Shown: positions 50,677-60,119, counted from the first letter of the stretch. The stretch: 64,000 bases of DNA from Acidobacteriota bacterium (GCA_963664705.1 OY761556.1:6176001-6240000); one strand, 5' to 3'. The notes: generated by a model from the sequence alone, not told the origin. Translations and numbers: made by a program.

Positions 50677-51163
50677 ACCTGCGACGCCGACTGCCATGTT
50701 GGAGTGGCAGATCGTGGGGATCGGGACCCGTCTTAATAGCGACGACGAGATTGGTCTTGCGCTGGTCCGCGCTCTAACGGAAGAAGCGGAGTGGGCGGAA
50801 AAGTGCGTTCTGTGGGAAGGCGCCGACGCTGCGACGGTTACCTCGTCCCTGCTGGAATGGAGCCGCGCGACTGTCCTGGTGGATGCTGCCGATATGCGTC
50901 TTGCGCCGGGCGAGTACCGATTCTTTCCTGACCGGGATGCTTCCGTCACGCTGAAAGACAGTTCGGTTTCTACTCATGGCCTGGGTTTGCCGGAAGGATT
51001 GCAGTTGGCCAGGAGTCTTGGGTTCGACCAGCCGATCTACGTTTTTGCAGTTCAGCCATTTGACCTTTCTCCAAGACAGGGAATGACATCAGAAATGACC
51101 GCCCTGTTTCCTGCGCTGCTTTCGGCCTTGAGAGCAGCCTGTGTTCGGGTGTCGCAGGGATAG
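50660..51163 (+). CDS. Hydrogenase maturation protease
   Basis: GIGT.L.SDDEIG, LVDAA, STHG; start uncertain (50660, 50669 or 50696). Confidence 0.85.
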   Translation: MLILSEPATPTAMLEWQIVGIGTRLNSDDEIGLALVRALTEEAEWAEKCVLWEGADAATVTSSLLEWSRATVLVDAADMRLAPGEYRFFPDRDASVTLKDSSVSTHGLGLPEGLQLARSLGFDQPIYVFAVQPFDLSPRQGMTSEMTALFPALLSALRAACVRVSQG

Positions 51164-51315
51164 GCACAACGCGTCGAGGCTCGCCGATGGTTTGCTTCGA
51201 GCTGTGCCGCCCGGGATGAAGACACGGGAATGGGAAGGCGGATCTGCGCTGAGCCGGATTTGCCGTCTTGTGATAATCTGTTGCCCAGTCGACCTTTTCG
51301 AGTGAGGCCGTCGCT

Positions 51316-52752
51316 GTGGTAGAAAAGAAACATTCCTTTTTCTACGATTGGGGAGCCGTAACCACTTATAAATCCGATATCAGTTCCCAGGAACTGGTGT
51401 CGCGGGCGAAGTGGTTTATCAACATGCGCTGGTTCGCAATCCTCGCATGTATAGCGGCAGCCTTTATTGCAGCCAGCGGCATATTTCCGGCCAAAGTCCG
51501 TCTCACGGATTTTGCCATTGCCATTGTATTCCTTACCGCGACAAACCTGGTCTATTCCGCCCTTGGCCGTAATCTCTTTGGCCACAGGTCGCACGATCGG
51601 GAACTGCAGCTGCTTCTGCTGCTGCAAATGCTGGGAGATTTTGCTGCCCTCAGTTTTCTGGCCTACTCGCTCGGCTCCATCGAGACGCCCCTGGGCGCTC
51701 TATTCCTGGCACACATCATTCTGGCTACGATTTTCTTTTCCCGGTGGCATTCCCTGATGATTGCCACCGCCGCCTGGATTTGCGCTTCGTTGCCATTGAT
51801 CCTGGAGTGGGGCGGTGTTATTCCGGTGCGGACTATCTTCGGAGGGGAGCTGAAGCCCCTGGTTAATGCGAGCTTTGGTATTACCATCGGATTTGTTCTG
51901 GTCAGCGGCGCCGTTTATCTTTTCTGCTGGTACCTGGCCAGCGAGATCAGCTCGGGCCTCAAACTGAGAGAGCATCAGCTTGAAAATGCATACCAGATGC
52001 TTATCAAAATAGATAAGGAAAAAACCCAGTCCACGCTACTGGCCACGCACGAGCTGAAGGCGCCTTTTGCCGCCATTAAGAGCTATGTGTATACGCTGAG
52101 GGACGGATTCTGCGGACCGCTTCCGGAAAAAGCCCTGGCAGTGGTGACGCGGATCGGGGAGCGCTGCGATCAGATCTCCAACAGGATTACCGACATTATC
52201 CACCTGAGCAATCTGCGGACGCTGGTTGTAACCGATATGCATCTTGCCCCGGTCGATCTGGTCGCCATTGTGGCGGAGGAGATTCGAGAGGGGGCCCTGA
52301 TTGGCGCCCCGCGGGGAATCCAGGTCATCAACCTGAATGAGAAGCACCCGCCGATCTACATCATGGGATCCGGGTCACATCTGAAAACACTCTTTTCCAA
52401 CCTGATTCATAATGCAATCAACTACAGCCACGACCATACGGGGCGCGTGGTCATTTCGATTGAAGACGAAAAAACGCGAGCGTCGGTCGCGGTCCAAGAC
52501 AACGGGATCGGAATTCCGAAGGAAAACCTGGACAAGATTTTTGACGATCACTTTCGCAGCAAAAACGCGGTAGCCCACTATTCAAACGGTACAGGGCTCG
52601 GCCTTTCCATGGTCAAAGAGATCGTAGTTCTCCACGGAGCTTCCATTCAGGTGGAGAGCATAGTTGGCAGAGGCAGCAGTTTTAAAGTAATATTTGAAAC
52701 CATTGAGGCCAAGCAGGAGCGAAACAATCATGGCGAGCATACTTATAGTTGA
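51316..52752 (+). CDS. Membrane sensor histidine kinase
   Basis: About 6 N-terminal TM helices; H-box THELKAP, NLIHNA, DNGIGI, GTGLGL. Confidence 0.92.
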   Translation: MVEKKHSFFYDWGAVTTYKSDISSQELVSRAKWFINMRWFAILACIAAAFIAASGIFPAKVRLTDFAIAIVFLTATNLVYSALGRNLFGHRSHDRELQLLLLLQMLGDFAALSFLAYSLGSIETPLGALFLAHIILATIFFSRWHSLMIATAAWICASLPLILEWGGVIPVRTIFGGELKPLVNASFGITIGFVLVSGAVYLFCWYLASEISSGLKLREHQLENAYQMLIKIDKEKTQSTLLATHELKAPFAAIKSYVYTLRDGFCGPLPEKALAVVTRIGERCDQISNRITDIIHLSNLRTLVVTDMHLAPVDLVAIVAEEIREGALIGAPRGIQVINLNEKHPPIYIMGSGSHLKTLFSNLIHNAINYSHDHTGRVVISIEDEKTRASVAVQDNGIGIPKENLDKIFDDHFRSKNAVAHYSNGTGLGLSMVKEIVVLHGASIQVESIVGRGSSFKVIFETIEAKQERNNHGEHTYS

Positions 52753-53140
52753 TGATGATTTGGATATTATCGACAGTCTGAAGATGATTCTGGAAGGCAG
52801 CGGGCATAAAGTGTCCGTCAAAACGGATCCGGATAATCTGGTGGCAAGCGTCAAACAGATATCTCCCGATCTCATCATCCTGGATATCATTTTCCCCGAA
52901 GATCCTAATGCCGGCTTCACTGCCGCAAGGGCATTGCACAAAGCGGAAGGGGTGAGGGACATTCCCATCCTGCTTCTGAGCGCGGTCAATCAGATGAGCA
53001 AGATGTCCTTCGGATTTTCCGAAAATGATATCAGTGAAGATTTTATGCCGGTGAAAGCCTTTATTGAGAAACCGGTGGAGCCCGCCGCGCTGATTTCTAA
53101 AGTGAACGAGCTCCTTGGGATCGCAAGCAACAAGGCATAG
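52730..53140 (+). CDS. Single-domain response regulator
   Basis: LIVDDD, LIILD, LLSA, EKP; overlaps the kinase stop. Confidence 0.92.
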   Translation: MASILIVDDDLDIIDSLKMILEGSGHKVSVKTDPDNLVASVKQISPDLIILDIIFPEDPNAGFTAARALHKAEGVRDIPILLLSAVNQMSKMSFGFSENDISEDFMPVKAFIEKPVEPAALISKVNELLGIASNKA

Positions 53141-53298
53141 GTTCTGAAACCGTCTTGGTTTGTGTCATTGAGGCAGTTTGAGGCTGTCGTTCATTTATGC
53201 GGCGAATTGCCTCAATGATGCGAACGCTTGCGCGCCGCCCGGGATTTCCCTCGACAAAAACCTCGCAGATAATCCGAAATAGGATACAATTCGTTTCC

Positions 53299-53700
53299 AT
53301 GCAGACGAATGAACATGTATTGGAATTCCGCGTTTACATGGAAGATACCGATGCGCAAGGCATCGTGTACTATGCCAATTACCTCCGCTTTTTCGAGCGG
53401 GGACGCAGCGAAATGATCGAATCGCTCGGAATACCCATGACAACGGCAATCGACCCGGATTGCAGGCTGGTGATCTACGAAGCCCGCGTGAAGTTCCGGA
53501 GGCCGGCTTTTCTTGGGGACCGGATCCAGGTGGTGACCTCGATGCTGCGCTCCTCGGAATACCGGGTCACCTTCCGGCAGCAGGTGAAGCGACTCGGAGA
53601 AGAGGATGCGCTGGTCAGCGGGGAAATTGATCTCGTTGCCATCGACCAGACCGGAGCCCTCAAGGAGCTGCCCGCATTTTTTCAACCCGAAAAGAAATAG
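53299..53700 (+). CDS. YbgC/FadM-family acyl-CoA thioesterase
   Basis: RVYMEDTDAQGIVYYANYLRFFERGRSE. Confidence 0.9.
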   Translation: MQTNEHVLEFRVYMEDTDAQGIVYYANYLRFFERGRSEMIESLGIPMTTAIDPDCRLVIYEARVKFRRPAFLGDRIQVVTSMLRSSEYRVTFRQQVKRLGEEDALVSGEIDLVAIDQTGALKELPAFFQPEKK

Positions 53701-54579
53701 AGCACTCCGCGGCAAATTCCAGGAAAGAATGCTTGATGCCGGACTTTTTGCGGCAGTACACATAAAACCTGACTTGACCGAATTAGTAACCCCTCTAACC
53801 GCGAAGACCGCGAAGACCGCAAAGAAAATATTTGCACCGCTGATAAACGGACTCCAGCAATTCTGGCGCTGTATGGATTGCCACCGCTGAATCGACAATA
53901 TGACGCGCAATTTTTTCCTGTCCATCACACTATCTCATTGCCCAGCAGCAAAATGAGACCCAAAATCTTTGCGGTCTTCGCGGTTCAAATATAAAAACTA
54001 ATCAACGCCATTTATCAGTATTTTTTGTATGGAACCAAGTTTTTCCCCAAAAGCCGGCCAAGTCCGGAGGAGCTGCCCGCATTTTTTCAACCCGAAAAGA
54101 AATAGAGCACTCCACGGCAAATTCCAGGAAAGAATGCTTGATGCCGGACTTTTTGCGGCAGTACACATAAAACCTGGCTTGACCGAATTAGTAACCCCTC
54201 TAACCGCGAAGACCTCGAAGACCGCAAAGAAAATATTTGCACCGCTGATAAACGGACTCCAGCAATTCTGGCGCTGTATGGATTGCCACCGCTGAATCGA
54301 CAATATGACGCGCAATTTTTTTCGTCCGTCACACTATCTCATTGCCCAGCAGCAAAATGAGACCCAAAATCTTTGCGGTCTTTGCGGTCTTCGCGGTTCA
54401 AATATAAAAACTAATCAACGCCATTTATCAGCATTTTTTGTATGGAACCAAGCTTTTCCCCAAAAGCCGGCCAAGTCCGGAGGAGCTGCCCGCATTTTTT
54501 CAACCCGAAAAGAAATAGAGCATTCCACGGCAGATTCCAGGAAAGAATGCTTGATGCCGGACTTTTTGCGGCAGTACAC
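53663..54579. repeat. Tandem direct repeat, about 2.2 copies (405 bp, 413 bp, 99 bp)
   Basis: AGGAGCTGCCCGCATTTTTTCAACCCGAAAAGAAATAG starts at 53663, 54068 and 54481; the copies differ by scattered substitutions and a 9-bp unit. Confidence 0.95.
53797..53985. mobile_element. MITE/REP-like element with 9-mer-based terminal inverted repeats (copy 1; copy 2 at 54202-54398)
   Basis: AACCGCGAAG(ACCGCGAAG)ACCGCAAAGA ... TCTTTGCGGTCTTCGCGGTT; no transposase in the window. Confidence 0.45.
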
Positions 54580-54632
54580 TTAAAGACAGCTGCGCACACA
54601 AATCTATTTCCATCTGACAAGAGGACGGAACA

Positions 54633-55976
54633 ATGACCTGGATGAAAAGCACGTACATAGGTGCGGGAAGCTATCGAGTTTCCAGGTGTTGCCCGGAAAT
54701 CCTGGAAGCTGTTCTTGCGACCTGCGTCGGAGTCGTTATTGTGGACCGCGAGGCAAAAGTAGGAGGCCTCTACCATATCCTGCTGCCGGAGCAGACGTGG
54801 GAGGATTCGGCTCTGGACCCGGAGCTTTGTGCCGCGAGCGGGCTGCCTCTTTTTCTTGATGCCTTGCGCACTGCCGGGTGCGGCGCCGCCAAAATGGAGG
54901 CCACGCTTGCGGGCGGAGCCTTGTTTGGCGATATTTCGAGGGCAGATCTTGATTTGGATCTCGGCGGCAGAACGGTTGAAACTGCCAACCGTATTCTGAA
55001 GCAGGCCGGTGTTCCGGTTTTGAAGTCGGAGACCGGAGGCTATTTCGGAACCAGGCTGGAGCTGAATCTTGACACCCTGAACTGTGACATTGCTCCGATC
55101 TTTGCTTCGCCCCAGCCGAATGCCGCCACCCCGGTGCAACTGAACCTCAAGAGCCTGGATCGTACGATCTCCCGCGTCCGCCCGATTCCGCAAGTCGCAT
55201 TGAAGCTTATCCGCTCCATTTGCTCGGAAGAATACGACCTTCGGGACATCGCTTCGTCAATACGCCAGGACCAGGTGATCTCGGCTAAAGTTCTGCGCGT
55301 GTGCAATTCCGCCTATGTGGGCGCGAGCGATGAAATCAAATCCATTGAGAATGCCACCATGATGCTGGGAGGGCGCATGGTGGGCCAGATCATCATCACA
55401 TCGGCCATGGATCAGTTTTTTGCTGAATGCGAACGGAGCTATTCCATGTCGAAGGGCGGCCTGTATCATCACTCCATTTCCACCGCCATCGTGGCCGAGC
55501 AGATTGCCAAGCTGACGAAAAAAGCTGCGCCGGATATTGCCTATACGGCCGGGCTTCTGCACGATATCGGGAAGGTGCTGCTGGACCAGTACGTAGCCCC
55601 GGCAATGCCACTGTTCTACAAATCGCTGGTTGAGAACGGGAACCAGATGCTGGAGGCGGAACGATCCCTGTTGGGTATTACCCATTTGGAAGCCGGTGCG
55701 CGACTGGCGGAGTTATGGAAGTTTCCTCCCGCTTTGCAGGATGCCATCGCCTGCCATGCATTCCCTTCCTATTCCAGAAATGAAAAAACCCTGACCCACA
55801 TGGTCTATCTTGCGGATCTGCTGGTATCGCGGTTTGACGCCGGCCGCGAGCTCGATTGCATCGGGACCGAGGAGTTTGCCGAAACGCTGGAAGCTTTAGA
55901 GCTCACCCGGAATACCCTGCCTGCGCTGATCAGCCAGATTCCGTGGAAGGTGCTCGATACGCCCGGCTATTTTTAG
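54633..55976 (+). CDS. CheD-like deamidase domain fused to an HDOD domain
   Basis: LATCVGV..GGLYHILLP..LAGGA..ETGG, followed by RPIPQVA, DQVISAKVLRVCNS, AGLLHDIGK, HLEAGA.LAELWKFP. Confidence 0.85.
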   Translation: MTWMKSTYIGAGSYRVSRCCPEILEAVLATCVGVVIVDREAKVGGLYHILLPEQTWEDSALDPELCAASGLPLFLDALRTAGCGAAKMEATLAGGALFGDISRADLDLDLGGRTVETANRILKQAGVPVLKSETGGYFGTRLELNLDTLNCDIAPIFASPQPNAATPVQLNLKSLDRTISRVRPIPQVALKLIRSICSEEYDLRDIASSIRQDQVISAKVLRVCNSAYVGASDEIKSIENATMMLGGRMVGQIIITSAMDQFFAECERSYSMSKGGLYHHSISTAIVAEQIAKLTKKAAPDIAYTAGLLHDIGKVLLDQYVAPAMPLFYKSLVENGNQMLEAERSLLGITHLEAGARLAELWKFPPALQDAIACHAFPSYSRNEKTLTHMVYLADLLVSRFDAGRELDCIGTEEFAETLEALELTRNTLPALISQIPWKVLDTPGYF

Positions 55977-56033
55977 CGCCGGTCGCGCCGGCGGCTTCAG
56001 TAAAAATCATCCACGATTTTCCCATATTGCGGT

Positions 56034-58643
56034 ATGCTGTCAGGGCCTCGTATGCAGGTATCCCTAATGTTGATAGGCATTGCTGACAACATTCCCGACC
56101 AGAAAAGAGCTTTAGCGGAGGCCTTTTTCGACCGTCTGGCGAAAGAGGGACTCTCCAGCCAGGAGCTGTTTGCCCGCATCATGCAGGATCCCGCGGCGTT
56201 CGAGCACGCGGTCCTGATCCGGAAGCTGAATGAGCTCATTCCTGAATTGAGCGCCTTTGAGGAAAATCCAAAAGACAAAGACCCGAATATTTATCGCCCA
56301 ATGCCGGTCATGCGGCACATGCTCGAGTCCATCCGTCAAACATTTAGCTGGGTCCGCGATTTCGGTGTGGAAGAGTACCGGGATGCTGAATCCAGGCGCT
56401 GCGCCCTGCTATGGATCAATACGGCGCTTCTGTTTCACGACCAGGGCGAAATTGCCATTTTGAAGGGAACGAACCTGCCTCTCTGGTATCACTTCTCGGT
56501 GGAATGGACCAAGAAAAGAAGAAAAGGCATCCTGCGCGAGACCTATCCTTTCTTTGGCATCGATACTCCGGAAGGACGAAGTTACATCAATCACCTGAAA
56601 CATCCTGAGATCTCCGCAGCGCTGGCAGCCGTTCCGCTTGCCCACCTCGGCTGGGATTCGCGTTTCATCAAGATCGTCCAGTTCCTGATTCGAAATCATT
56701 CCGTCCTGATCGAAGAGGCGACTTATGGACGCATCAAAGACGGTCGGATCCTCCATCGGGACCTGTACCGGGATATTTCGCTCGTGCATGAAGAAACCGG
56801 CATTGCCCGGGAAGATTTGTTGAAAATGCTCCAGGTCGTCCAGATCATGGATGCCAAAGCCATCAAGCCGGGCATGGCGGAGATTCCGCAGGAAACAATG
56901 ATGCGCGTCTGGATGGCGTACAGCTACATGCACATCGTCCTGGAGGTTGGCAACTCCGCGCAGCGGCTGAGTGCTTTTAAAAACTATCGAAAAATGTTCA
57001 GCCAGGTCCGAAAGGAAATGCCTTTCGGGACGCCGTTCAGCGAATCCTTCAACGAACTCCTTCGACGGATCGAAGCGGAGGACGGCGGCTTCGGGGCGGA
57101 AGACCGTCGACTGCTCGAGCAGGAACTGGAATATTTCGAGCGATTCGAGATCATCCGGGAAGATCACATTCACATCAATAATCAGTTCAACCGATTGCTT
57201 CATCTCGTTGAGCGGACATCGGGAAGGGAACTGACTTCGAACGACAAAGCCATTCTGCTGCAATCCTATAAAATTGCCTACAGGTCGCATGACGGGCAAT
57301 TCCGCCGTGCGTTCAAAATCATCCCCACCGGAGATACGCGGCGCAAATATATCGAGCACCCGATAAGGGTCGCGAAAATCATGGTCGAGTCCTTCGGCGT
57401 AACGGACCCGCTCATCCTGGCCGCAGTGATGTTTCACGACGTTTTGGAAGATACGGAGATCAATGTCGAGGACATTCTGGCTGCATTCAAAAATGAAGAT
57501 GGGAAAGGCCGCATCCTCCAGGCAATCAAGATTCTCACCAAGCCTGAATCGAGGAAGGAAATAGAGTCGAAGCTGCACAAGGATCTGGAATACATCTCCT
57601 ATATGGCCCGTATCATCACGGCCGGCGACCGGATTTTGGATGATCGGGAACTGTTTGCCTGGCTTCGCTTTGTCCTCCCGCGAACCAAGGCCGCCGACAA
57701 AATACACAATCGGCTCTCGCTAAAGGCCAGGAAACCGGAAGGACGGATCAAGGAAATATGCAGGAATGTGAATGCCCTTGTGCTGTTTATGGAATCCTCC
57801 AACCTGACCGCAGAAGAAAAACGGAAAGTCCTGGCGGAGTTCGACGGAAGCCTGTTTGAGATATTCAGCCCGCTTGATTTTGCAGACCAAGAACACGCAA
57901 AAAGATTCCGGACGGCTCTTTCACTGTTCAATCGGTTTATACGAGAAACATTTGAGGCCATCGATGAGCTGCCGCCGGCGAGACGCGAGACGCTGAAGGA
58001 ATTGGACCGCCGGCTTTCCGTGCTGCCCCAATTCATGAACGATCCCACTGCTATTGTCGAAAAATTGAAAGGTGTCGATGAGGCATTGCCGCAGTTTTGT
58101 CGGGATATGGGATTGGACGAGCGACGGACATCTGTCCTCCAGGATGAATACACGTTTTTCCTGTTCAGCATTTCCGAGGTCCATTGGATTTCGGATCAGA
58201 GCAAACGGGAGATCATCCGGTTTCAGGAAGTGATCCGCCTATACAAAGAAAGATTGCGTACTGCGGACTGGCAGCCGGAAACAGCAAGGATGATTGAGAG
58301 CCTCGTGCAATATGCACAGGGTTTGGATAATGCTGTGCCGCCCCTGGTCCGGTACTCCTTTCTGCCGGACCTGTTCGAACTCCTGTCAAAGGTGCCGCTG
58401 CTGCATCGATGGTATGGCTCTGCCCTGGAAAAAAAGAAGCGCGAGCTGGTAGCGCGTCTCCTGCCCCGGGTTGCAATGCTGCCGGTAAGGCAGGTCTGCT
58501 GGCTGGAAGGGAAGGAAGTCCGGAGAGTGGACAGAGCCTCGATTGAAAGAGAAATTGGCGGACTCCGCCTCGGACATCGATCGGGAAGGATCGACCTCAG
58601 GATACCTCGCCTAAGGCTGAGTAATTCTGCTTCTGAAATCTGA
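56034..58643 (+). CDS. Large protein with two HD domains, the second RelA/SpoT/Mesh1-hydrolase-like
   Basis: LFHDQG..HPEISA..LIRNH..MD, then AYRSHDGQFRR..YIEHPIRVA..MFHDVLEDT..KAADKIHN; start uncertain (56034-56067). Confidence 0.75.
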   Translation: MLSGPRMQVSLMLIGIADNIPDQKRALAEAFFDRLAKEGLSSQELFARIMQDPAAFEHAVLIRKLNELIPELSAFEENPKDKDPNIYRPMPVMRHMLESIRQTFSWVRDFGVEEYRDAESRRCALLWINTALLFHDQGEIAILKGTNLPLWYHFSVEWTKKRRKGILRETYPFFGIDTPEGRSYINHLKHPEISAALAAVPLAHLGWDSRFIKIVQFLIRNHSVLIEEATYGRIKDGRILHRDLYRDISLVHEETGIAREDLLKMLQVVQIMDAKAIKPGMAEIPQETMMRVWMAYSYMHIVLEVGNSAQRLSAFKNYRKMFSQVRKEMPFGTPFSESFNELLRRIEAEDGGFGAEDRRLLEQELEYFERFEIIREDHIHINNQFNRLLHLVERTSGRELTSNDKAILLQSYKIAYRSHDGQFRRAFKIIPTGDTRRKYIEHPIRVAKIMVESFGVTDPLILAAVMFHDVLEDTEINVEDILAAFKNEDGKGRILQAIKILTKPESRKEIESKLHKDLEYISYMARIITAGDRILDDRELFAWLRFVLPRTKAADKIHNRLSLKARKPEGRIKEICRNVNALVLFMESSNLTAEEKRKVLAEFDGSLFEIFSPLDFADQEHAKRFRTALSLFNRFIRETFEAIDELPPARRETLKELDRRLSVLPQFMNDPTAIVEKLKGVDEALPQFCRDMGLDERRTSVLQDEYTFFLFSISEVHWISDQSKREIIRFQEVIRLYKERLRTADWQPETARMIESLVQYAQGLDNAVPPLVRYSFLPDLFELLSKVPLLHRWYGSALEKKKRELVARLLPRVAMLPVRQVCWLEGKEVRRVDRASIEREIGGLRLGHRSGRIDLRIPRLRLSNSASEI

Positions 58644-58681
58644 AATCTGAAATCTGGAATCTGGAATCTGGAATCTGAAAT
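58633..58681. repeat. Heptamer tandem array, 7 units (CTGRAAT)
   Basis: (ctgaaat)x3 (ctggaat)x3 ctgaaat; supplies the TGA stop of the upstream CDS. Confidence 0.9.
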
Positions 58682-58732
58682 TCCGCAATTAGTGTGCGGC
58701 ATTGGGAGAGCTGGCAGCGGTCTCAGTGAAAA

Positions 58733-60040
58733 TCAGGCCTGCCAGTTTTCAATGCCATTCCAGAACTGTGTGAGATGCGGAGTAAGATCTGCATTCCTGG
58801 CATCGATAAAATAGGCGACGCGCTGCATGCCATCGAATCCGAATGCCTGATGGATCTCCATACCCAGGCTGCGAATTTTTTCGCTCTGTGGGTATTGTTC
58901 GTGTGGCGGCCAATGATGCGTTAATCCCCATGCCCTGGCTTCCAGCAGAATATCGAGCAATTCCTCTGCCTGCGGAGGGATGTCCTGTCCGGTTCTACCG
59001 CTGGTTTCATTTCGAATTTCCTGTGGCGACCTCGCCTCGAAGACTCTGTAGCCTTGCACCATGGTCGGGGGAGACTGGTCCGGACCGGTGCCGGCCGCGG
59101 CGATCATTTCCAGCATTTCGGTGCGGCAAAAATGGGACGCAATCATTGTTGCGGTCATGCCGTCCTTTCTCCTGAGGCTCAAATCCGGGTTTGCGGTCAG
59201 CAGGGTCTTGACGATCTTGGGATATACGGTGTTGCAGGCATGCATGAGTGGGGTGCAGCCCTGTTTGTCCTGCGCGTTGGCATCCGCACCGGCCGTCAGC
59301 AGGATTTGCACGAGCTCCTCGTAGTCTTTGCCCGTTGCAGAACAGCAGGCATTCATCAGGGCCGTCGATCCATCCCTGTCTGAAGCGTTGACGTTTGCTC
59401 CGGCTGCCAACAGCTCTCTCACGACTGCAGTTTCCCGCTGATAGGCAGCAGACATCAAGGGCGTGCGCTGACTGTAATGCGTCGCCGCATTCGGATTCGC
59501 CCCGGCTTTCAGCAAAGCGCGGACCATATCCACGGACCGATAGGCGGCAAAGCCCAACGCGGTTTCCCCATCGGTCCGCTGAGCGGAAGCATCCGCCCCG
59601 GCGGCCAGCAGGGATTCGGCTATTGGGGTCCGTTCTTTGTCCAGGCATGCCAGCATCAAAGGGGTGGTGCCGAGATCATCGGCTGCGTCAACGCGGGCTC
59701 CCCGGGCAAGAAGCCGGTCGACTATGTCCTTTCGGTTGGATTGTGTTGCCAGATGCAGCAAGGTGGAGCCATTCAGAAATCGCTCCTCGATATCTGCTGC
59801 CTTTCCACAACGGGAGCAGGCCAGCTCCATATTCAGGAAATCGTGTTTGCCGTTGCGGGTCCTGCCGCAGCGCGTGCACTTGCATTCATTCCATTGATGG
59901 GCGTTGCTTCGGCTTTTGCCGCAGCGCGCGCAATGCTCGCAATCCGTATCCCAGAGGTGGTTGTCATCCTTCAGCAGGCCGCACCTTTTACACTTGCAGC
60001 CTGCCCATTCGTGAAATCCAAACACGCACGATATCGGCAT
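58733..60040 (-). CDS. Ankyrin-repeat protein with N-terminal His/Cys-rich repeats
   Basis: Four H-[WF]...CxRCG units; about 7 ankyrin repeats (GxTPLMxA...LLxAGAD); C-terminal WNGIENW; ATG 60040 after GGAG. Confidence 0.85.
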   Translation of the reverse strand: MPISCVFGFHEWAGCKCKRCGLLKDDNHLWDTDCEHCARCGKSRSNAHQWNECKCTRCGRTRNGKHDFLNMELACSRCGKAADIEERFLNGSTLLHLATQSNRKDIVDRLLARGARVDAADDLGTTPLMLACLDKERTPIAESLLAAGADASAQRTDGETALGFAAYRSVDMVRALLKAGANPNAATHYSQRTPLMSAAYQRETAVVRELLAAGANVNASDRDGSTALMNACCSATGKDYEELVQILLTAGADANAQDKQGCTPLMHACNTVYPKIVKTLLTANPDLSLRRKDGMTATMIASHFCRTEMLEMIAAAGTGPDQSPPTMVQGYRVFEARSPQEIRNETSGRTGQDIPPQAEELLDILLEARAWGLTHHWPPHEQYPQSEKIRSLGMEIHQAFGFDGMQRVAYFIDARNADLTPHLTQFWNGIENWQA

Positions 60041-60119
60041 ACAATCTCCCCGGTTTCGTGACAGACCAATGGCTTGATGCGCGTGCCGGTTTTTTTCAGC
60101 CTGCAAATCCAGGAATCTT

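Noticed and set aside
53663-54579. Repeat as a CRISPR array or a DGR template/variable-region pair
   Set aside because: Units are ~410 bp with near-identical interiors and there are no cas genes. The duplicated coding part is identical, with no adenine-specific variation, and there is no reverse transcriptase in the window.
53212-54636. ORFs inside the tandem repeat (53212-53928, 53606-53890, 53998-54315, 54029-54295, 54442-54636)
   Set aside because: They occur on both strands with inconsistent ends between copies and have no motifs; best explained as by-products of the repeat.
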